Part shown: piece after piece, positions 9,326 through 20,167 of the stretch
Layout: each line of letters starts with the position of its first letter
Position numbering within the stretch: the first letter of the stretch is position 1
Source of the DNA: a bacterium
Lineage (GTDB): Bacteria > Electryoneota > Electryoneia > Electryoneales > Electryoneaceae
Length of the DNA: 64,000 bases
Direction: 5' to 3'
NCBI GenBank assembly: GCA_963675295.2
Contig: CAXXKJ010000002.1
Coordinates: forward strand, 1,120,001-1,184,000
Notes under the pieces: generated by a model
Database searches by the model: none
What the model was told of the DNA's origin: nothing
What the model saw: only the letters and a program-made list of their open reading frames with translations
Position numbers and translations under genes: made by a program

Positions 9326-11101
9326 ATGATACACCGAGCAGGTCTTTCACTTCTGATTGTCACACTCATCACGGTCATTTTCAGTACACCATCTTATTCG
9401 ACACCGTTCACCGAGGCGGTTCAGGCCAACGACGAGGCGGCGCTGGACACGTTGCTCGCGGGTGAGGACGCCGCGAAGCTGATGAACCGTACTGATGAGA
9501 GCAGGATGGCGCCCGTTCACTATGCGGTCGAACTCAATTATCGGGCGTTGCTCAGTGCGTTGGTCAAGGCAGGCGCGGACCTGGAGGTGGAAGACCCGTA
9601 TGGCCGGACGGCGCTGTTGCTGGCGGCGGATCGTGGGGAGGCCGAGGTGACCGGCTTCCTGCTGCGGAACGGGGCGGAGATCGATGCGGCGGACGACGCC
9701 GGCTACACTGCGCTGCATTACACCGCGATGTCGACCTCGGTCGCGACGATGGACACGCTGCTGAGCTGGTCGACGAATGTGGACGCGACCGACGACCTCG
9801 ACCGGGGGCCGTTGACCAGCGCCGTGCTCGCGCGTCAGCCGGAGATGATCTACAAGCTGCTGCTCGCAGGTGCGAACCCGAACCTGCGGGACAAGAACGG
9901 GATGGGGCCGTTGCACCATGCCGTCATGATCGGCGCGGGCGATGTGGTCGCCGAACTGGTGAAGCAGTTCTCCGACATCGACATGCTGACCGGGACCGGA
10001 TTAGCGGACAAGGCGTGGGAGGGTGCGACGGCGTTGCACCTGGCGATCGCGTTCGACAACAACGAACTGATGGAGCAGTTGATCGCGGCGGGAGCATCCA
10101 CGTCGATTGCCAATCGAAAAGGCGACACGCCGCTGATGCTGGCGATCCGTCAGGCGCCGGGTTCAACGGTCACCCGTCTGCTTGCGCTGGACGCATCGCT
10201 GGATAACGTAGACGGTGACGAGACCCCGATGTCGCTGGCGTTGTCACGGGGCGATGTGGCGTTGATCGGCAGCCTGGTAGATCTCGGCGCGAAGCTGGAC
10301 GTGCCGTTGCCCTCCGGCGACTTGCCGTTGCTGGCGGCGGTGCGGATGAACAATCCGGAGCTGGTTGAGGTGCTGCTCGAACGGGGTGCCCGTCCGGATA
10401 CGACGGCTCAGGAAGAATACCCGCTGGAGCTGGCGCTATTGAACGGCAACTCGACCATCGCCGCTCAGTTGCTTGGATCTGGTGCGAACCCGAATCGGGT
10501 GTTTGCGCGGTATTCGTCCTCGGTGTTTGGTACGGCGGTTCCGCGCACGCCGCTGTCCATCGCGGTGCAGGCGAATAGTCTGCCGTTGACACGGCTGCTG
10601 CTGGACCGTGGTGCGGATGTAAACCAGACGGCCCCAGATTGGGAACAAACGTTGCTCGAACAGGCGGTGGAGAAGGCGGATCTGCCGCTGGTTCGTCTGC
10701 TGGTGGCCGAGGGGGCCGCGATCACTCCGCACACCGATCCGGCAGACGATGCGGTCGGGCTGGCGTTGACGCGTGGCTATCCGTACCTGCGCGAAGTGCT
10801 GAAGGCGGAAGGATTCGATGCGACAACCACCGACCGGAACGGCAACAGCTACCTGCACCTGGCGACGGCGAACGTGGACGATCCGAGGTTGATCCGTCTG
10901 CTGGCGGCTTCAGGAACGCAGGTCGACGCGACCAACGCGAAGGGCGCGACGCCGTTGCATGAGGCCGCCCGGCGGATGCGTGGCGATCAGGTACGTGAGC
11001 TGCTGCAGCTCGGTGCCGACGCTACGATGCTGGATGCCGAAAGCCGCACCGCGCTGGATGTCGCGCGTGGCGGCGCGAAGGTGGTGCTACTGACGCGGTG
11101 A
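9326..11101 (+). CDS. Secreted ankyrin-repeat protein
   Basis: Signal peptide; many G.TALH.A / GA.PN repeats. Confidence 0.9.
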   Translation: MIHRAGLSLLIVTLITVIFSTPSYSTPFTEAVQANDEAALDTLLAGEDAAKLMNRTDESRMAPVHYAVELNYRALLSALVKAGADLEVEDPYGRTALLLAADRGEAEVTGFLLRNGAEIDAADDAGYTALHYTAMSTSVATMDTLLSWSTNVDATDDLDRGPLTSAVLARQPEMIYKLLLAGANPNLRDKNGMGPLHHAVMIGAGDVVAELVKQFSDIDMLTGTGLADKAWEGATALHLAIAFDNNELMEQLIAAGASTSIANRKGDTPLMLAIRQAPGSTVTRLLALDASLDNVDGDETPMSLALSRGDVALIGSLVDLGAKLDVPLPSGDLPLLAAVRMNNPELVEVLLERGARPDTTAQEEYPLELALLNGNSTIAAQLLGSGANPNRVFARYSSSVFGTAVPRTPLSIAVQANSLPLTRLLLDRGADVNQTAPDWEQTLLEQAVEKADLPLVRLLVAEGAAITPHTDPADDAVGLALTRGYPYLREVLKAEGFDATTTDRNGNSYLHLATANVDDPRLIRLLAASGTQVDATNAKGATPLHEAARRMRGDQVRELLQLGADATMLDAESRTALDVARGGAKVVLLTR

Positions 11102-11338
11102 GCGGCGATTCATGTCTTCCGCCAGAGCCCGTTCCAGTTCCGGCTGACGGTCGGACTCGGAGTAGATCAGCGGGGTGGCGTCAATGCCCTGCTCGAGGTT
11201 GCGGGAGACGGTTGACCGTGGCGGCGGGGCGTACGCGAGCAGCGTGAACAGCGCGATCAACGCCAGCAGCCCGGCGAGGAACGCGCGTTTGTTGGGACGG
11301 GGTCGGGTGTACTCGCAACAGCTCACGGTTTTCTCCAC
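11087..11338 (-). CDS. Small membrane-anchored hypothetical protein downstream of the YeiH transporter
   Basis: One TM helix then NLEQGIDATPLIYSES; start uncertain (GTG11338). Confidence 0.45.
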   Translation of the reverse strand: MEKTVSCCEYTRPRPNKRAFLAGLLALIALFTLLAYAPPPRSTVSRNLEQGIDATPLIYSESDRQPELERALAEDMNRRSPRQ

Positions 11339-11557
11339 GTCACAGTCTACTCTACACAGCGTCGTACTCAAGACGACGTACTTCAAATACCAACCCAACT
11401 CAACATGCCCACGACATTCATGTTGTGGTTGATGCGCACCCGAAAAACCTCCGATTTCACAAGCCCCAGACATTCATGACTGGGGTAATCAACCGGTGCC
11501 GCCCAGGATTGTTGATCCCGACGAGCTCTTCTGCCGTCGGGGCACACACCACAACGT

Positions 11558-11591
11558 TCCTCAGTCCTCAGTCCTCAGTCCTCAGTCCTCA
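11558..11591. repeat. Heptamer tandem repeat (TCCTCAG) about 5 copies
   Basis: tcctcagtcctcagtcctcagtcctcagtcctcag read directly. Confidence 0.9.
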
Positions 11592-11775
11592 GACCGCCAC
11601 CCGCATGATGCCCGCGGGAGCTTGGCTACCGCGGCCAACCGGCATTTCATCCAGTCAGCTGTTCTTCATTTTGCACCCCGGGCCTGCCATGACACCCGAC
11701 TTGGAAAACACACACCAAGTCGGGCCACACAATATTCGAGCACTGGGTCCTGAGCCCCGAGCCCCGAGCCCGCAC

Positions 11776-13140
11776 TTAGAACACCCTGTCGAACAGCACG
11801 CCACCAAACGCCAGCCATGCCATCAGCAGGGTCAAGATCAGGTTGAACGACTGCCCGACGACGTACAGGATCATCGGTTTTCCGCCGGCCATCTGGCTTG
11901 CCAGCTCCTTGAAGTTGGATTCGAGGCCGATGCTGACAAACGCCATGCAGAACAGCCAGCCGCGCAGGTGAACGGTGATCGGTTTAAGCACCGTTGTTTC
12001 CACCGCTTCCAATCCCATCGACGGAACGAGGATAAAGGAGAACACCAGCGACGCCGCAACGAAGCCAACGATGAACTTCGGGAAACGGTACCAGATTTCC
12101 ATCGGTGAGACCCGTGGCGAGCCCTTGGTCCGTTCGACGCTGGTCGTCCAGTAGACCGCCACGACGAACGCGACGAGCCCAATGAGCACGTTCTGGATCA
12201 TCTTGACCACCGCCGCGACTTTCTCGGCGTCTTCCCCGAGGAATGCGCCAGCCGCGACCACGGCGCCGGTGGCGTCGATGGTGCCGCCCATCCACGCGCC
12301 ACCGACCACTGGATCCATCCCGATCGCCTTGATGAACATCGGCATGAAGATCATCATCAGCACGGTGAAGATGAGCGTCATTCCGACCGCCAGCGCGAGT
12401 TCGTTTTTCTTCGCCCGGGACGCGGCCGCGGTCGCAATCGCCGCCGAAACCCCGCAGACCGAGGTGGCCGCCGCGATCACGATCGTCAACGCCTTGGATT
12501 TCATCTTCAGGACCTTGACGCCAAAGTTGAACATGAACAGGATCACGATCGGGGTGACTACCCAGGCGACCAGCAGTCCCGGTCCTCCGAGGGCGAGAAT
12601 CTTCGAAAAGAGAATTTCAGCACCGAGCAGGACCAGCCCGGTCTTAATGTAGGTCTCGCAGCAGGCACCTTCGAGCAGCCATTTCGGAGTGCCGATGGTG
12701 TTGGAAATCAGCAGCCCGATCAGCAGCGCCCAGAACGCGTAGCCGAGGCCGTACGCACTGACCTGCAGCTGATGCGCGAGCAGGTAGGAGACGGTCGCCA
12801 GGATGAAGACGACGAGATACCCGAGCGGATACGCGCCGACCCTCCCCCTTATAAGACGGTTGGCGACGGTGAACAGCAAGCCGAGGCCGAGTAGTGTCAA
12901 CAGCAAGGGAATCAACAATGATTGACCGCCGGAATAGAACACGTCCATCGGGTTCGTGTCCCACTTGCCAAGCTTGGGCACGTTTCCGATCCAGCCGGCG
13001 GCGGCACCGATGATCAGGATGAACCCGATCCAGACGGCCCACCAGTCTTCGCTGGTCAGTAGTTCCTTCCATCGGTTGACGTGCTGGGCTTCGACGACAC
13101 CAGTGTCTGGGGGGGTGGATTGGGACGATTGCGTAGCCAT
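11776..13140 (-). CDS. YeiH family putative sulfate/sulfite exporter
   Basis: Polytopic membrane protein; SVCGVSAAIA, GGTIDATGAV, KMIQN motifs. Confidence 0.85.
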   Translation of the reverse strand: MATQSSQSTPPDTGVVEAQHVNRWKELLTSEDWWAVWIGFILIIGAAAGWIGNVPKLGKWDTNPMDVFYSGGQSLLIPLLLTLLGLGLLFTVANRLIRGRVGAYPLGYLVVFILATVSYLLAHQLQVSAYGLGYAFWALLIGLLISNTIGTPKWLLEGACCETYIKTGLVLLGAEILFSKILALGGPGLLVAWVVTPIVILFMFNFGVKVLKMKSKALTIVIAAATSVCGVSAAIATAAASRAKKNELALAVGMTLIFTVLMMIFMPMFIKAIGMDPVVGGAWMGGTIDATGAVVAAGAFLGEDAEKVAAVVKMIQNVLIGLVAFVVAVYWTTSVERTKGSPRVSPMEIWYRFPKFIVGFVAASLVFSFILVPSMGLEAVETTVLKPITVHLRGWLFCMAFVSIGLESNFKELASQMAGGKPMILYVVGQSFNLILTLLMAWLAFGGVLFDRVF

Positions 13141-13511
13141 GGCGGTTGTCCTCGGTTGGCTCTGGAGACCTCCGGAAGATAGCGGAGACGTGAATTGAGG
13201 GTCAAGTGGTGATATGACTTTGCGTATTCCATCACAAGGCCTTACCTTGACAGTTGCCGGGCTGTAAATGGCGCAGAATCTGTGGGAAGTACGTTGAAAG
13301 ACTGGAGAAAGGTGCTATTGTAATTGTTAGCGCCAAAATTCCGGGGGCCAAGTTTAAGCTCTCCGAACAGCGTGAAAAGCCCCGAGGTGACCGTTACCTT
13401 GTGAGTTAGCAATCTGCGAGCGGGATATCCATCCAGCCGTAGCCGTGAATCGCACCTGACACAGTGACAATCTGGAGATAAGGCCAAGTTGGCCTGTTTG
13501 TTATCGGGGTG

Positions 13512-13531
13512 TCTGCGAAATCTTTCACGAA
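13512..13531. promoter_or_regulatory. Putative Rex-type operator upstream of dsrA
   Basis: TCTGCGAAATCTTTCACGAA resembles TTTGTGAAATATTTCACAAA (16/20). Confidence 0.55.
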
Positions 13532-13724
13532 CACCGGGATGACATTGTCCCAGATGTTTGTTTAGTCGGATGCAGGTTTCACCGGAATCAGTGTTTTAGC
13601 AAGTAGTCTTGGATCTGTTGTCAAGCTTGAAGTGGAAATAGGCCGCACGTTCGCATGACTGCGCGTCCGGGTTGGCATCCGGTCGAGCTGAGCGCATGCG
13701 GAAACTTGGTTCAGGGGAGGTCTC

Positions 13725-14921
13725 ATGCCAAAAGAGTACAAGACGCCGAAACTTGATGAGCTGGAAAAGGGACCGTGGCCCAGCTTCGTCAAGGAAATTA
13801 AGCTGGCTGCAAAGCAAAGCGAAATGTCGAACGACCTGCTTGGTCAGTTGGAGCAGTCGTACGACGAACGTCTCGGCCACTGGAAGCACGGCGGCATCGT
13901 GGGCGTTATGGGTTACGGCGGTGGTGTCATCGGCCGCTACAGCGACCTGCCGAACGAGTATCCGAAGGTTTCACACTTCCACACGATTCGTGTGAATCAG
14001 CCATCGGGTTGGTTCTACACGTCGGAAGCCCTCCGCACGATTTGCGACATCTGGGACAGGCATGGTTCGGGATTGACGAACATGCACGGTTCCACTGGCG
14101 ACATGGTCTTCCTCGGCACGCGTACGGAAGAACTGGAACCGATCTTCGCGGAACTGACGGAAGCAGGTTGGGACCTTGGTGGTTCGGGTTCGGACGTTCG
14201 TACCCCGTCCTGCTGCGTTGGCAAGGCGCGTTGTGAGTGGGCTTGCTACGACACGATGAAGGCCTGCTACAACATCACGATGCGCTACCAGGACGAGCTT
14301 CACCGTCCGGCCTTCCCGTACAAGTTCAAGTTCAAGTTCTCCGGCTGCCCGAACGACTGTGTCGCGTCGATCGCGCGTTCGGACTGCTCCTTGATCGGTA
14401 CGTGGAAAGACGATCTCCGCATTGACGACGCCGAAGTGGCGAAGTATGCGGATGATGGACTTGACATTTTCCATGATGTCGTGCTCAACTGCCCGACCAA
14501 GGCGATGCATTATGATCACGACAGCAAGAAGCTGACCGTCGACAATGAAGGCTGTGTCCGTTGTATGCACTGCATCAACGTGATGCCGAAGGCACTTCGT
14601 CCGGGTCTGGACACGGGTGCTGTCTTCCTGCTCGGCGCGAAGGCTCCGATCGTTGAAGGCGCGTTGTTGTCCAGCGTCCTCGTACCGTTCATCAACCTCG
14701 ACGACGAAGAAGAGTTCGAAGACTTCTGCGATCTCGTTGACGAGATGCTCGATGTCTGGTGCGAAGAGGGCAAGAACCGCGAACGCATCGGCGAATTCAT
14801 CCAGCGTGTCGGTATGGGCAATTTCCTCGAGGCAATTGGTCTTGAACCGACGCCGGAAATGGTCGCCTATCCTCGTGACAACCCGTATGTGTTCTACGAC
14901 ATGGACGGGGATGAGGAGTAA
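13725..14921 (+). CDS. dsrA: Dissimilatory sulfite reductase alpha subunit
   Basis: [34 protein letters not shown]...CPNDC siroheme/4Fe-4S motif, [13 protein letters not shown]. Confidence 0.98.
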   Translation: MPKEYKTPKLDELEKGPWPSFVKEIKLAAKQSEMSNDLLGQLEQSYDERLGHWKHGGIVGVMGYGGGVIGRYSDLPNEYPKVSHFHTIRVNQPSGWFYTSEALRTICDIWDRHGSGLTNMHGSTGDMVFLGTRTEELEPIFAELTEAGWDLGGSGSDVRTPSCCVGKARCEWACYDTMKACYNITMRYQDELHRPAFPYKFKFKFSGCPNDCVASIARSDCSLIGTWKDDLRIDDAEVAKYADDGLDIFHDVVLNCPTKAMHYDHDSKKLTVDNEGCVRCMHCINVMPKALRPGLDTGAVFLLGAKAPIVEGALLSSVLVPFINLDDEEEFEDFCDLVDEMLDVWCEEGKNRERIGEFIQRVGMGNFLEAIGLEPTPEMVAYPRDNPYVFYDMDGDEE

Positions 14922-14998
14922 TCGTGGATCTGCCGGCCTGGTAACAGGCTGACAGTAGCGTCGAGTGTTGCAGTACTTTCAGCAAAAGGAGCACAACG

Positions 14999-16093
14999 AT
15001 GGCTGAGACGAAGCCTCGGATTACGGATATTGGCCCGCCGGATTACAAGCAGTTCCTTCCGCCGGTGGTCGAGAAGAATTACGGGCAGTGGAAGTACCAT
15101 GAACAGTTGGAACCGGGCGTGATGGTTCACGTCGCGGAAGGTGGCGACATGCTGTACACGATTCGTGCCGCCAGCCCGCGTCTGCTCGCGACCGACACGA
15201 TCCGTTTCTACGCGGAAGTGGCCGAGAAGTATTGCGGCGGCCACCTGCGTTTCACCAGCCGCCACAACGTGGAATTCCTGACCACGGAAAAAGAGAACGT
15301 CCCGAAGATCAAGAAGGAATTGGAAGATCGCGGGAATCTCATCGGCGGTATCGGTAGCCGGATCACCAGCATTGTCCACACCCAGGGCTGGGTGCACTGC
15401 CACAGCGCCGCGACGGATGCGTCCGGTGTTGTCAAGGCGACGATGGATGAGCTGGCCGACTACTTCACCACGATTGAAACCCCGGCGAAGTGCCGTATCG
15501 CGTTGGCGTGCTGCTTGAACATGTGCGGCGCCGTGCACTGCTCGGACATCGCGATCCTCGGTATTCACACCGGCCGTCCGCGTATTGACCACGCGAACCT
15601 CAACAAGATCTGCGAAATCCCGAACCTGTCGGCGTCCTGCCCGACGGCGGCGATTCGCCCGAAGACGGTTGATGGCAACCCCAGCGTCGAAGTGATCGAA
15701 GACAACTGCATGTACTGCGCGAACTGCTTCACGGTTTGCCCGGCGATGCCGTTGGCGGATGCGGATCTCGACGGCGTCTCGATCTGGGTCGGCGGCAAGG
15801 TGTCGAACGCGCGCAGCAAGCCGCGTTTCTCCAAGCTGGCGGTTCCGTTCCTGCCGAACAACCCGCCGCGTTGGCCGGAAGTTACCGGCGCGGTGAAGAC
15901 GATTGTCGAAGCGTGGGCCGGCAATGCCCGTAAGTATGAGCGTGTCGGTGACTGGATTGAACGTATTGGTTGGGCGCGCTTCTTCAAGATGACCGGCTTT
16001 GAGTTCACGAAGGAACACATCGACGATTACAAGTTCGCCGGTCTGAGTTTGCAGCGTACCGCCCAGATCCACCACGTGGATTGGGATGATTAA
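14999..16093 (+). CDS. dsrB: Dissimilatory sulfite reductase beta subunit
   Basis: [45 protein letters not shown]. Confidence 0.98.
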   Translation: MAETKPRITDIGPPDYKQFLPPVVEKNYGQWKYHEQLEPGVMVHVAEGGDMLYTIRAASPRLLATDTIRFYAEVAEKYCGGHLRFTSRHNVEFLTTEKENVPKIKKELEDRGNLIGGIGSRITSIVHTQGWVHCHSAATDASGVVKATMDELADYFTTIETPAKCRIALACCLNMCGAVHCSDIAILGIHTGRPRIDHANLNKICEIPNLSASCPTAAIRPKTVDGNPSVEVIEDNCMYCANCFTVCPAMPLADADLDGVSIWVGGKVSNARSKPRFSKLAVPFLPNNPPRWPEVTGAVKTIVEAWAGNARKYERVGDWIERIGWARFFKMTGFEFTKEHIDDYKFAGLSLQRTAQIHHVDWDD

Positions 16094-16105
16094 CGGAGGT
16101 TTACC

Positions 16106-16345
16106 ATGACCACCGAACAAATCGCCGACGAGATGTTCAACATGGTGAAAGAGGCCACGGAGATGGGCAAGAAGCTCAAGCCGATGGATCTCACCAAGGC
16201 GATGGTAAAGAAGTACGATGACGTCGACAAAAAGGCGACGAAGGCCGCGATCAAGGAGTTGGTCGACAGTGGCCGCCTGGTGTACACGTACTTCGGCGGG
16301 ACGTTCCTCGAGCTCCCGCATCGTGAAGGTGCCGCGAACGACTGA
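16106..16345 (+). CDS. dsrD: DsrD, DsrAB activator
   Basis: 79 aa directly after dsrB; K.AIKELVDSGRLVYTYFG winged-helix motif. Confidence 0.85.
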   Translation: MTTEQIADEMFNMVKEATEMGKKLKPMDLTKAMVKKYDDVDKKATKAAIKELVDSGRLVYTYFGGTFLELPHREGAAND

Positions 16346-16520
16346 TCACAGCCTGTTCTGTTGAAGTCATCCGGCTGAGTGTTTCCTGATCCCCCGGTGG
16401 ACCGCTGTATCCCCGCCGGGGGAGGACGGAACATCATTTGATGTGTCGAAGGCGCTCTTCGCGGCCACCGGTGGTGGGGGACACTGGGACGCGTGGACCG
16501 AACCAGAAAAGGATTGCAGC

Positions 16521-18215
16521 ATGGCAATCAAACGAGCGGCAAAGAAGAAATCGCTCAGTGAAACTGCAGCGCACCGGGGCGGCGCATCCTCGCGTCAAAC
16601 CTCGGACAAGCGTCCTTACCATGAAGAGAAGACGGCTCCGTGCATGGTTGGCTGCCCCCAGGGAACGCCGATCCGTGAGTCGTTGAACATGATCAGCCTG
16701 CACGAGAAGCATGGGGTCACACTGGAAGAGTCGTTCACGCTTGCGTGGCACAACTGGACCAACGTGAACCCGTTCCCGTCGGTGCTGGGTCGTGTCTGTC
16801 CCAATCCTTGTGAAGATCAGTGCAACCGCAAGTCGAAGGATGGCGCGGTTGGCGTCAACAAGGTGGAACGGTTCCTCGGCGACTGGGGTCTGGAACACGG
16901 TCTCACGCTGAAGAAGGATGATGACGCGCAGGATTACAAGGAAAAGATCGCGGTGATCGGGTCCGGCCCGTCCGGCTTGAACGCGGCCTACTACATGGCT
17001 CGCAAGGGCTACAAGGTCACGATTTTCGAAGCGTTCGACAAGCTCGGCGGCATGCTGCGTTACGGCATCCCGGAGTATCGTCTCCCGCGTGACATTCTGG
17101 ACAAGGAAATCCAGCGCATTCTCGACCTCGGTGTTGACGTGAAGACGAATGTCGCGGTTGGCCGTGACATTCCGTTCAAGCAGATCGACGACGAGTTCGA
17201 CGCGGTGTATGTTGCCATCGGCGCCCACAAGGGCCGCCTGCTCGGCCTGGACGGCGAGAAGGAAGCGACGAATGTGGTCACCGGCGTGAACTTCCTCAAC
17301 CTGGTCAATTCCGGCAATCCGCCGGATGTCGGCAAGAAGGTCGTGGTTGTCGGTGGTGGTGACTCGGCGATGGACGCTGCCCGTGTCTGCAAGCGGTTGG
17401 GCGCGGATGTGACGTTGCTGTATCGCCGTACCCGCAACGAGATGCCGGCCATCGAAGAGGATATTGTCGGCGGCGAGAAGGAAAACATCAACTTCATTTT
17501 CCTCGCAACGCCGGTTGGATTGAACGTCGAAGGCGACAAGTGCACGACGATCAAGTGCCAGAAGATGGAACTTGGTGAGCCGGATTCGTCCGGTCGCCGC
17601 CGTCCGGTGCCGATCGACGAGTTCTTCGACCTCGAGGTTGACTACCTGATCCCGTCCATCAGCCAGGAACCGGAATTTGAGGGCCTGGAAGAGACGGGTG
17701 GCAATCCAAAGGACTGGCTCAGCGTTGACGACTTCATGATTCGTGACGCCGACCGTAACTTGTACGCCGGTGGTGACGCGAAGGAATTGGGCTTGGTCAC
17801 GGTCGCGTTGTACCAGGGCCGTCGTGCGGCGGATACGATGCACGCGCGGTTCCGTGGTCTGCCGGTCGAGATTCCAATTCATTCTCCGGTGATTGACGAC
17901 AAGAAGGTGCTGCTCGATTACTATGAGCCGAAACAGCGCCTGACGGTTGAAGAAGTGGATCCGGACAAGCGTGTACTGTCGTTGACGGAGGAGATTGAGC
18001 GGACGTTCACCGCTGCGGAAGCGATGTCGGAAGCATCCCGCTGTCTCAGTTGCGGCATGTGCATTGAGTGTGGTCAGTGCTACGTGTACTGCCAGGACCA
18101 GGTGGTCCAGAAGCCGGCGAAGCCGGGTGAGAAGTACACGTTCAAGCTGGAATTGTGCCAGGGGTGCAGCAAGTGTGAAGAAGTCTGCCCCTGCGGTTAC
18201 ATTCAGATGAAGTAA
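16521..18215 (+). CDS. dsrL: DsrL iron-sulfur flavoprotein (DsrL-2/NADP(H)-type motif)
   Basis: RPYHEEKTAPC..GCP, NPFPSVLGRVCP, GSGPSG, GGGDSAMD, YRR, C-terminal RCLSCGMC ferredoxin domain. Confidence 0.92.
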   Translation: MAIKRAAKKKSLSETAAHRGGASSRQTSDKRPYHEEKTAPCMVGCPQGTPIRESLNMISLHEKHGVTLEESFTLAWHNWTNVNPFPSVLGRVCPNPCEDQCNRKSKDGAVGVNKVERFLGDWGLEHGLTLKKDDDAQDYKEKIAVIGSGPSGLNAAYYMARKGYKVTIFEAFDKLGGMLRYGIPEYRLPRDILDKEIQRILDLGVDVKTNVAVGRDIPFKQIDDEFDAVYVAIGAHKGRLLGLDGEKEATNVVTGVNFLNLVNSGNPPDVGKKVVVVGGGDSAMDAARVCKRLGADVTLLYRRTRNEMPAIEEDIVGGEKENINFIFLATPVGLNVEGDKCTTIKCQKMELGEPDSSGRRRPVPIDEFFDLEVDYLIPSISQEPEFEGLEETGGNPKDWLSVDDFMIRDADRNLYAGGDAKELGLVTVALYQGRRAADTMHARFRGLPVEIPIHSPVIDDKKVLLDYYEPKQRLTVEEVDPDKRVLSLTEEIERTFTAAEAMSEASRCLSCGMCIECGQCYVYCQDQVVQKPAKPGEKYTFKLELCQGCSKCEEVCPCGYIQMK

Positions 18216-18319
18216 CACAGCCAGTGGTGGGGGAATCACCGTTGGTGTTGCAGTTGTTGAGCAGCAAAGGGTGAACCGGGCTCGTCGCTTGCCGGCGGGC
18301 AGAGCTTAAGGATGGTACC

Positions 18320-18637
18320 ATGCCCGATTTCGAGTACAACGGAAAAACGGTATCGGTCGATGAAGACGGTTTCATCGAAGATCCGGATGTCTGGAACGAG
18401 GAACTGGCTGCAGCGCTCGCCAAGGGTGAAGGTGTGGACGCTCTCACCGACGAGCACTGGAACATTGTCAACTACCTGCGCAACTACTACCAGCAGTTCG
18501 GCATCGCGCCGATGGTGCGGAAGCTTTGTAAGGAAACAAAGACTCCGCTGAAGCGCGTCTACGAGCTGTTCCCGTCCGGCCCGGCGAAGGGTGCCTGCAA
18601 GGTGGCGGGCCTGCCGAAGCCGACCGGGTGTGTCTGA
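18320..18637 (+). CDS. dsrC: DsrC sulfur carrier
   Basis: C-terminal ACKVAGLPKPTGCV with both cysteines (Cx10C). Confidence 0.97.
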   Translation: MPDFEYNGKTVSVDEDGFIEDPDVWNEELAAALAKGEGVDALTDEHWNIVNYLRNYYQQFGIAPMVRKLCKETKTPLKRVYELFPSGPAKGACKVAGLPKPTGCV

Positions 18638-18643
18638 TCTGAG

Positions 18644-20149
18644 ATGAGGCAACCCTGTGCGTCCGTGACGGTAGCCGGCCTTGGCGGCGATTCGGGCAAA
18701 ACCCTTGTCGCGTTGGGGCTGGCTGCCGGCTGGGCGGAAAAAGGGCTGCGGGTCGCTCCGTTCAAGAAGGGCCCGGACTACATTGACGCGGCCTGGTTGT
18801 CGCTGGCCGCTCAAGCCCCCTGCCGGAACCTGGATACGTTTCTCATGACCGGCGAAGCAATTCGCCGGACGTGGACGTATTGTTGCCAGCGCACGGATAT
18901 AAGCGTCGTCGAAGGCAACCGGGGGCTGTACGACGGGATGGATGCCCGCGGCAGCCACAGCACGGCTGAACTCGCAAAACGGCTGAATTCGCCGGTTCTG
19001 CTGGTTCTCGATGCGACCAAAGTGACCGCGACACTCGCGGCCATTGTTCTCGGTGTCAGACAGTTTGACCCGTCGGTTCCGCTGGCGGGAGTGGTGCTGA
19101 ACAGGATCGGTGGATCCCGTCACGAACGGGTGGCACGGGAAGCGATCGAGACCCACACGGATCTGCGGGTTCTCGGTGCGATCCCACGGGTGAAGGGCGG
19201 GGAGGAATTGCTGCCGGGTCGTCACCTGGGGCTGATCACCGTGGATGAGCACCCGCGGGCGAAAGCTGCAATTGACACCGCCCGCAAGTTGGTGAACGAC
19301 CACGTGGATGTCGGCACCCTGCTGGCGGTCGAACAGACCGGCAGTTCCGCATTGCGCGTCTGTATTCTTCCTCACTCCGACCTTGCTTCCATCCCTGATC
19401 CGCCTGAAGACGAAACACGTCCGCCTGTTGAGGAGCGAGTCGCGCATCCCGCGCCGATTCACATCTTCTCAGGTAGCGCCCATGAGTTGAAGACTCATGG
19501 TCCCGCAAAAATTGCGGTGCTGCGTGATAGCGCGTTCTCCTTCTACTATCCGGAGAACCTGGAAGCGTTGCGCCGGGGCGGAGCGGACATCGTGCAGGTG
19601 GATTCGCTGCACGACAAGGCGTTGCCGGACGATATCCACGCGCTGTACATCGGCGGTGGCTTTCCGGAAACGCACGCGCAGAAGATCGCGAAGAACAAAT
19701 CGCTGCTGGCGTCGATCCGGCAGGCGGCGTCCGATGATCTGCCGATCTACGCCGAGTGCGGCGGGCTGATGCTGCTCTGCGAATCGATTGAATTCGACGG
19801 CAAACGCAGCAAGATGGCGGGTGTATTTCCCATCCAGGCCAATTGGTCGAAGAAACCGGCCGGGCATGGCTACACGATGGGTGAAGTCAGTGAAATCAAT
19901 CCGTTCTATCCCGTCGGCACAACGTTGCGCGGGCATGAATTCCACCACTCGCATCTGCGGGATCTTGGGGGAGATCCTGAGGTGATGACGGTGGTTGCGT
20001 TGCAGAAGGGCAACGGTGTCGGCGGATCGCGGGACGGATTGTCGTACCGGAATGTGCTTGCGTTGTACACGCATGTACACGCCGCGGGTACAGTCGAGTG
20101 GGCGGAGGGGATGCTCCGCGCGGCCTGGCGGTTCCGGGATAGTCGTTAA
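18644..20149 (+). CDS. dsrN: DsrN siroheme amidase (CbiA/CobB family)
   Basis: GDSGKT, KGPDYID, EGNRGLYDG, AFSFYY, AECGG, GHEFH; position in dsr cluster. Confidence 0.93.
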   Translation: MRQPCASVTVAGLGGDSGKTLVALGLAAGWAEKGLRVAPFKKGPDYIDAAWLSLAAQAPCRNLDTFLMTGEAIRRTWTYCCQRTDISVVEGNRGLYDGMDARGSHSTAELAKRLNSPVLLVLDATKVTATLAAIVLGVRQFDPSVPLAGVVLNRIGGSRHERVAREAIETHTDLRVLGAIPRVKGGEELLPGRHLGLITVDEHPRAKAAIDTARKLVNDHVDVGTLLAVEQTGSSALRVCILPHSDLASIPDPPEDETRPPVEERVAHPAPIHIFSGSAHELKTHGPAKIAVLRDSAFSFYYPENLEALRRGGADIVQVDSLHDKALPDDIHALYIGGGFPETHAQKIAKNKSLLASIRQAASDDLPIYAECGGLMLLCESIEFDGKRSKMAGVFPIQANWSKKPAGHGYTMGEVSEINPFYPVGTTLRGHEFHHSHLRDLGGDPEVMTVVALQKGNGVGGSRDGLSYRNVLALYTHVHAAGTVEWAEGMLRAAWRFRDSR

Positions 20150-20167
20150 CCCCCAGTTGTGGAGTGC

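Noticed and set aside
16380-16440. Hairpin between dsrD and dsrL as an ncRNA
   Set aside because: Single imperfect GC-rich stem with no family features; at most an mRNA stability element.
16521-18215. Glutamate synthase small subunit gltD
   Set aside because: It has the C-terminal ferredoxin domain and dsr context of DsrL, and there is no gltB.
18644-20149. Cobalamin biosynthesis gene cbiA/cobB
   Set aside because: No other cob/cbi genes nearby; its position in the dsr operon indicates DsrN.
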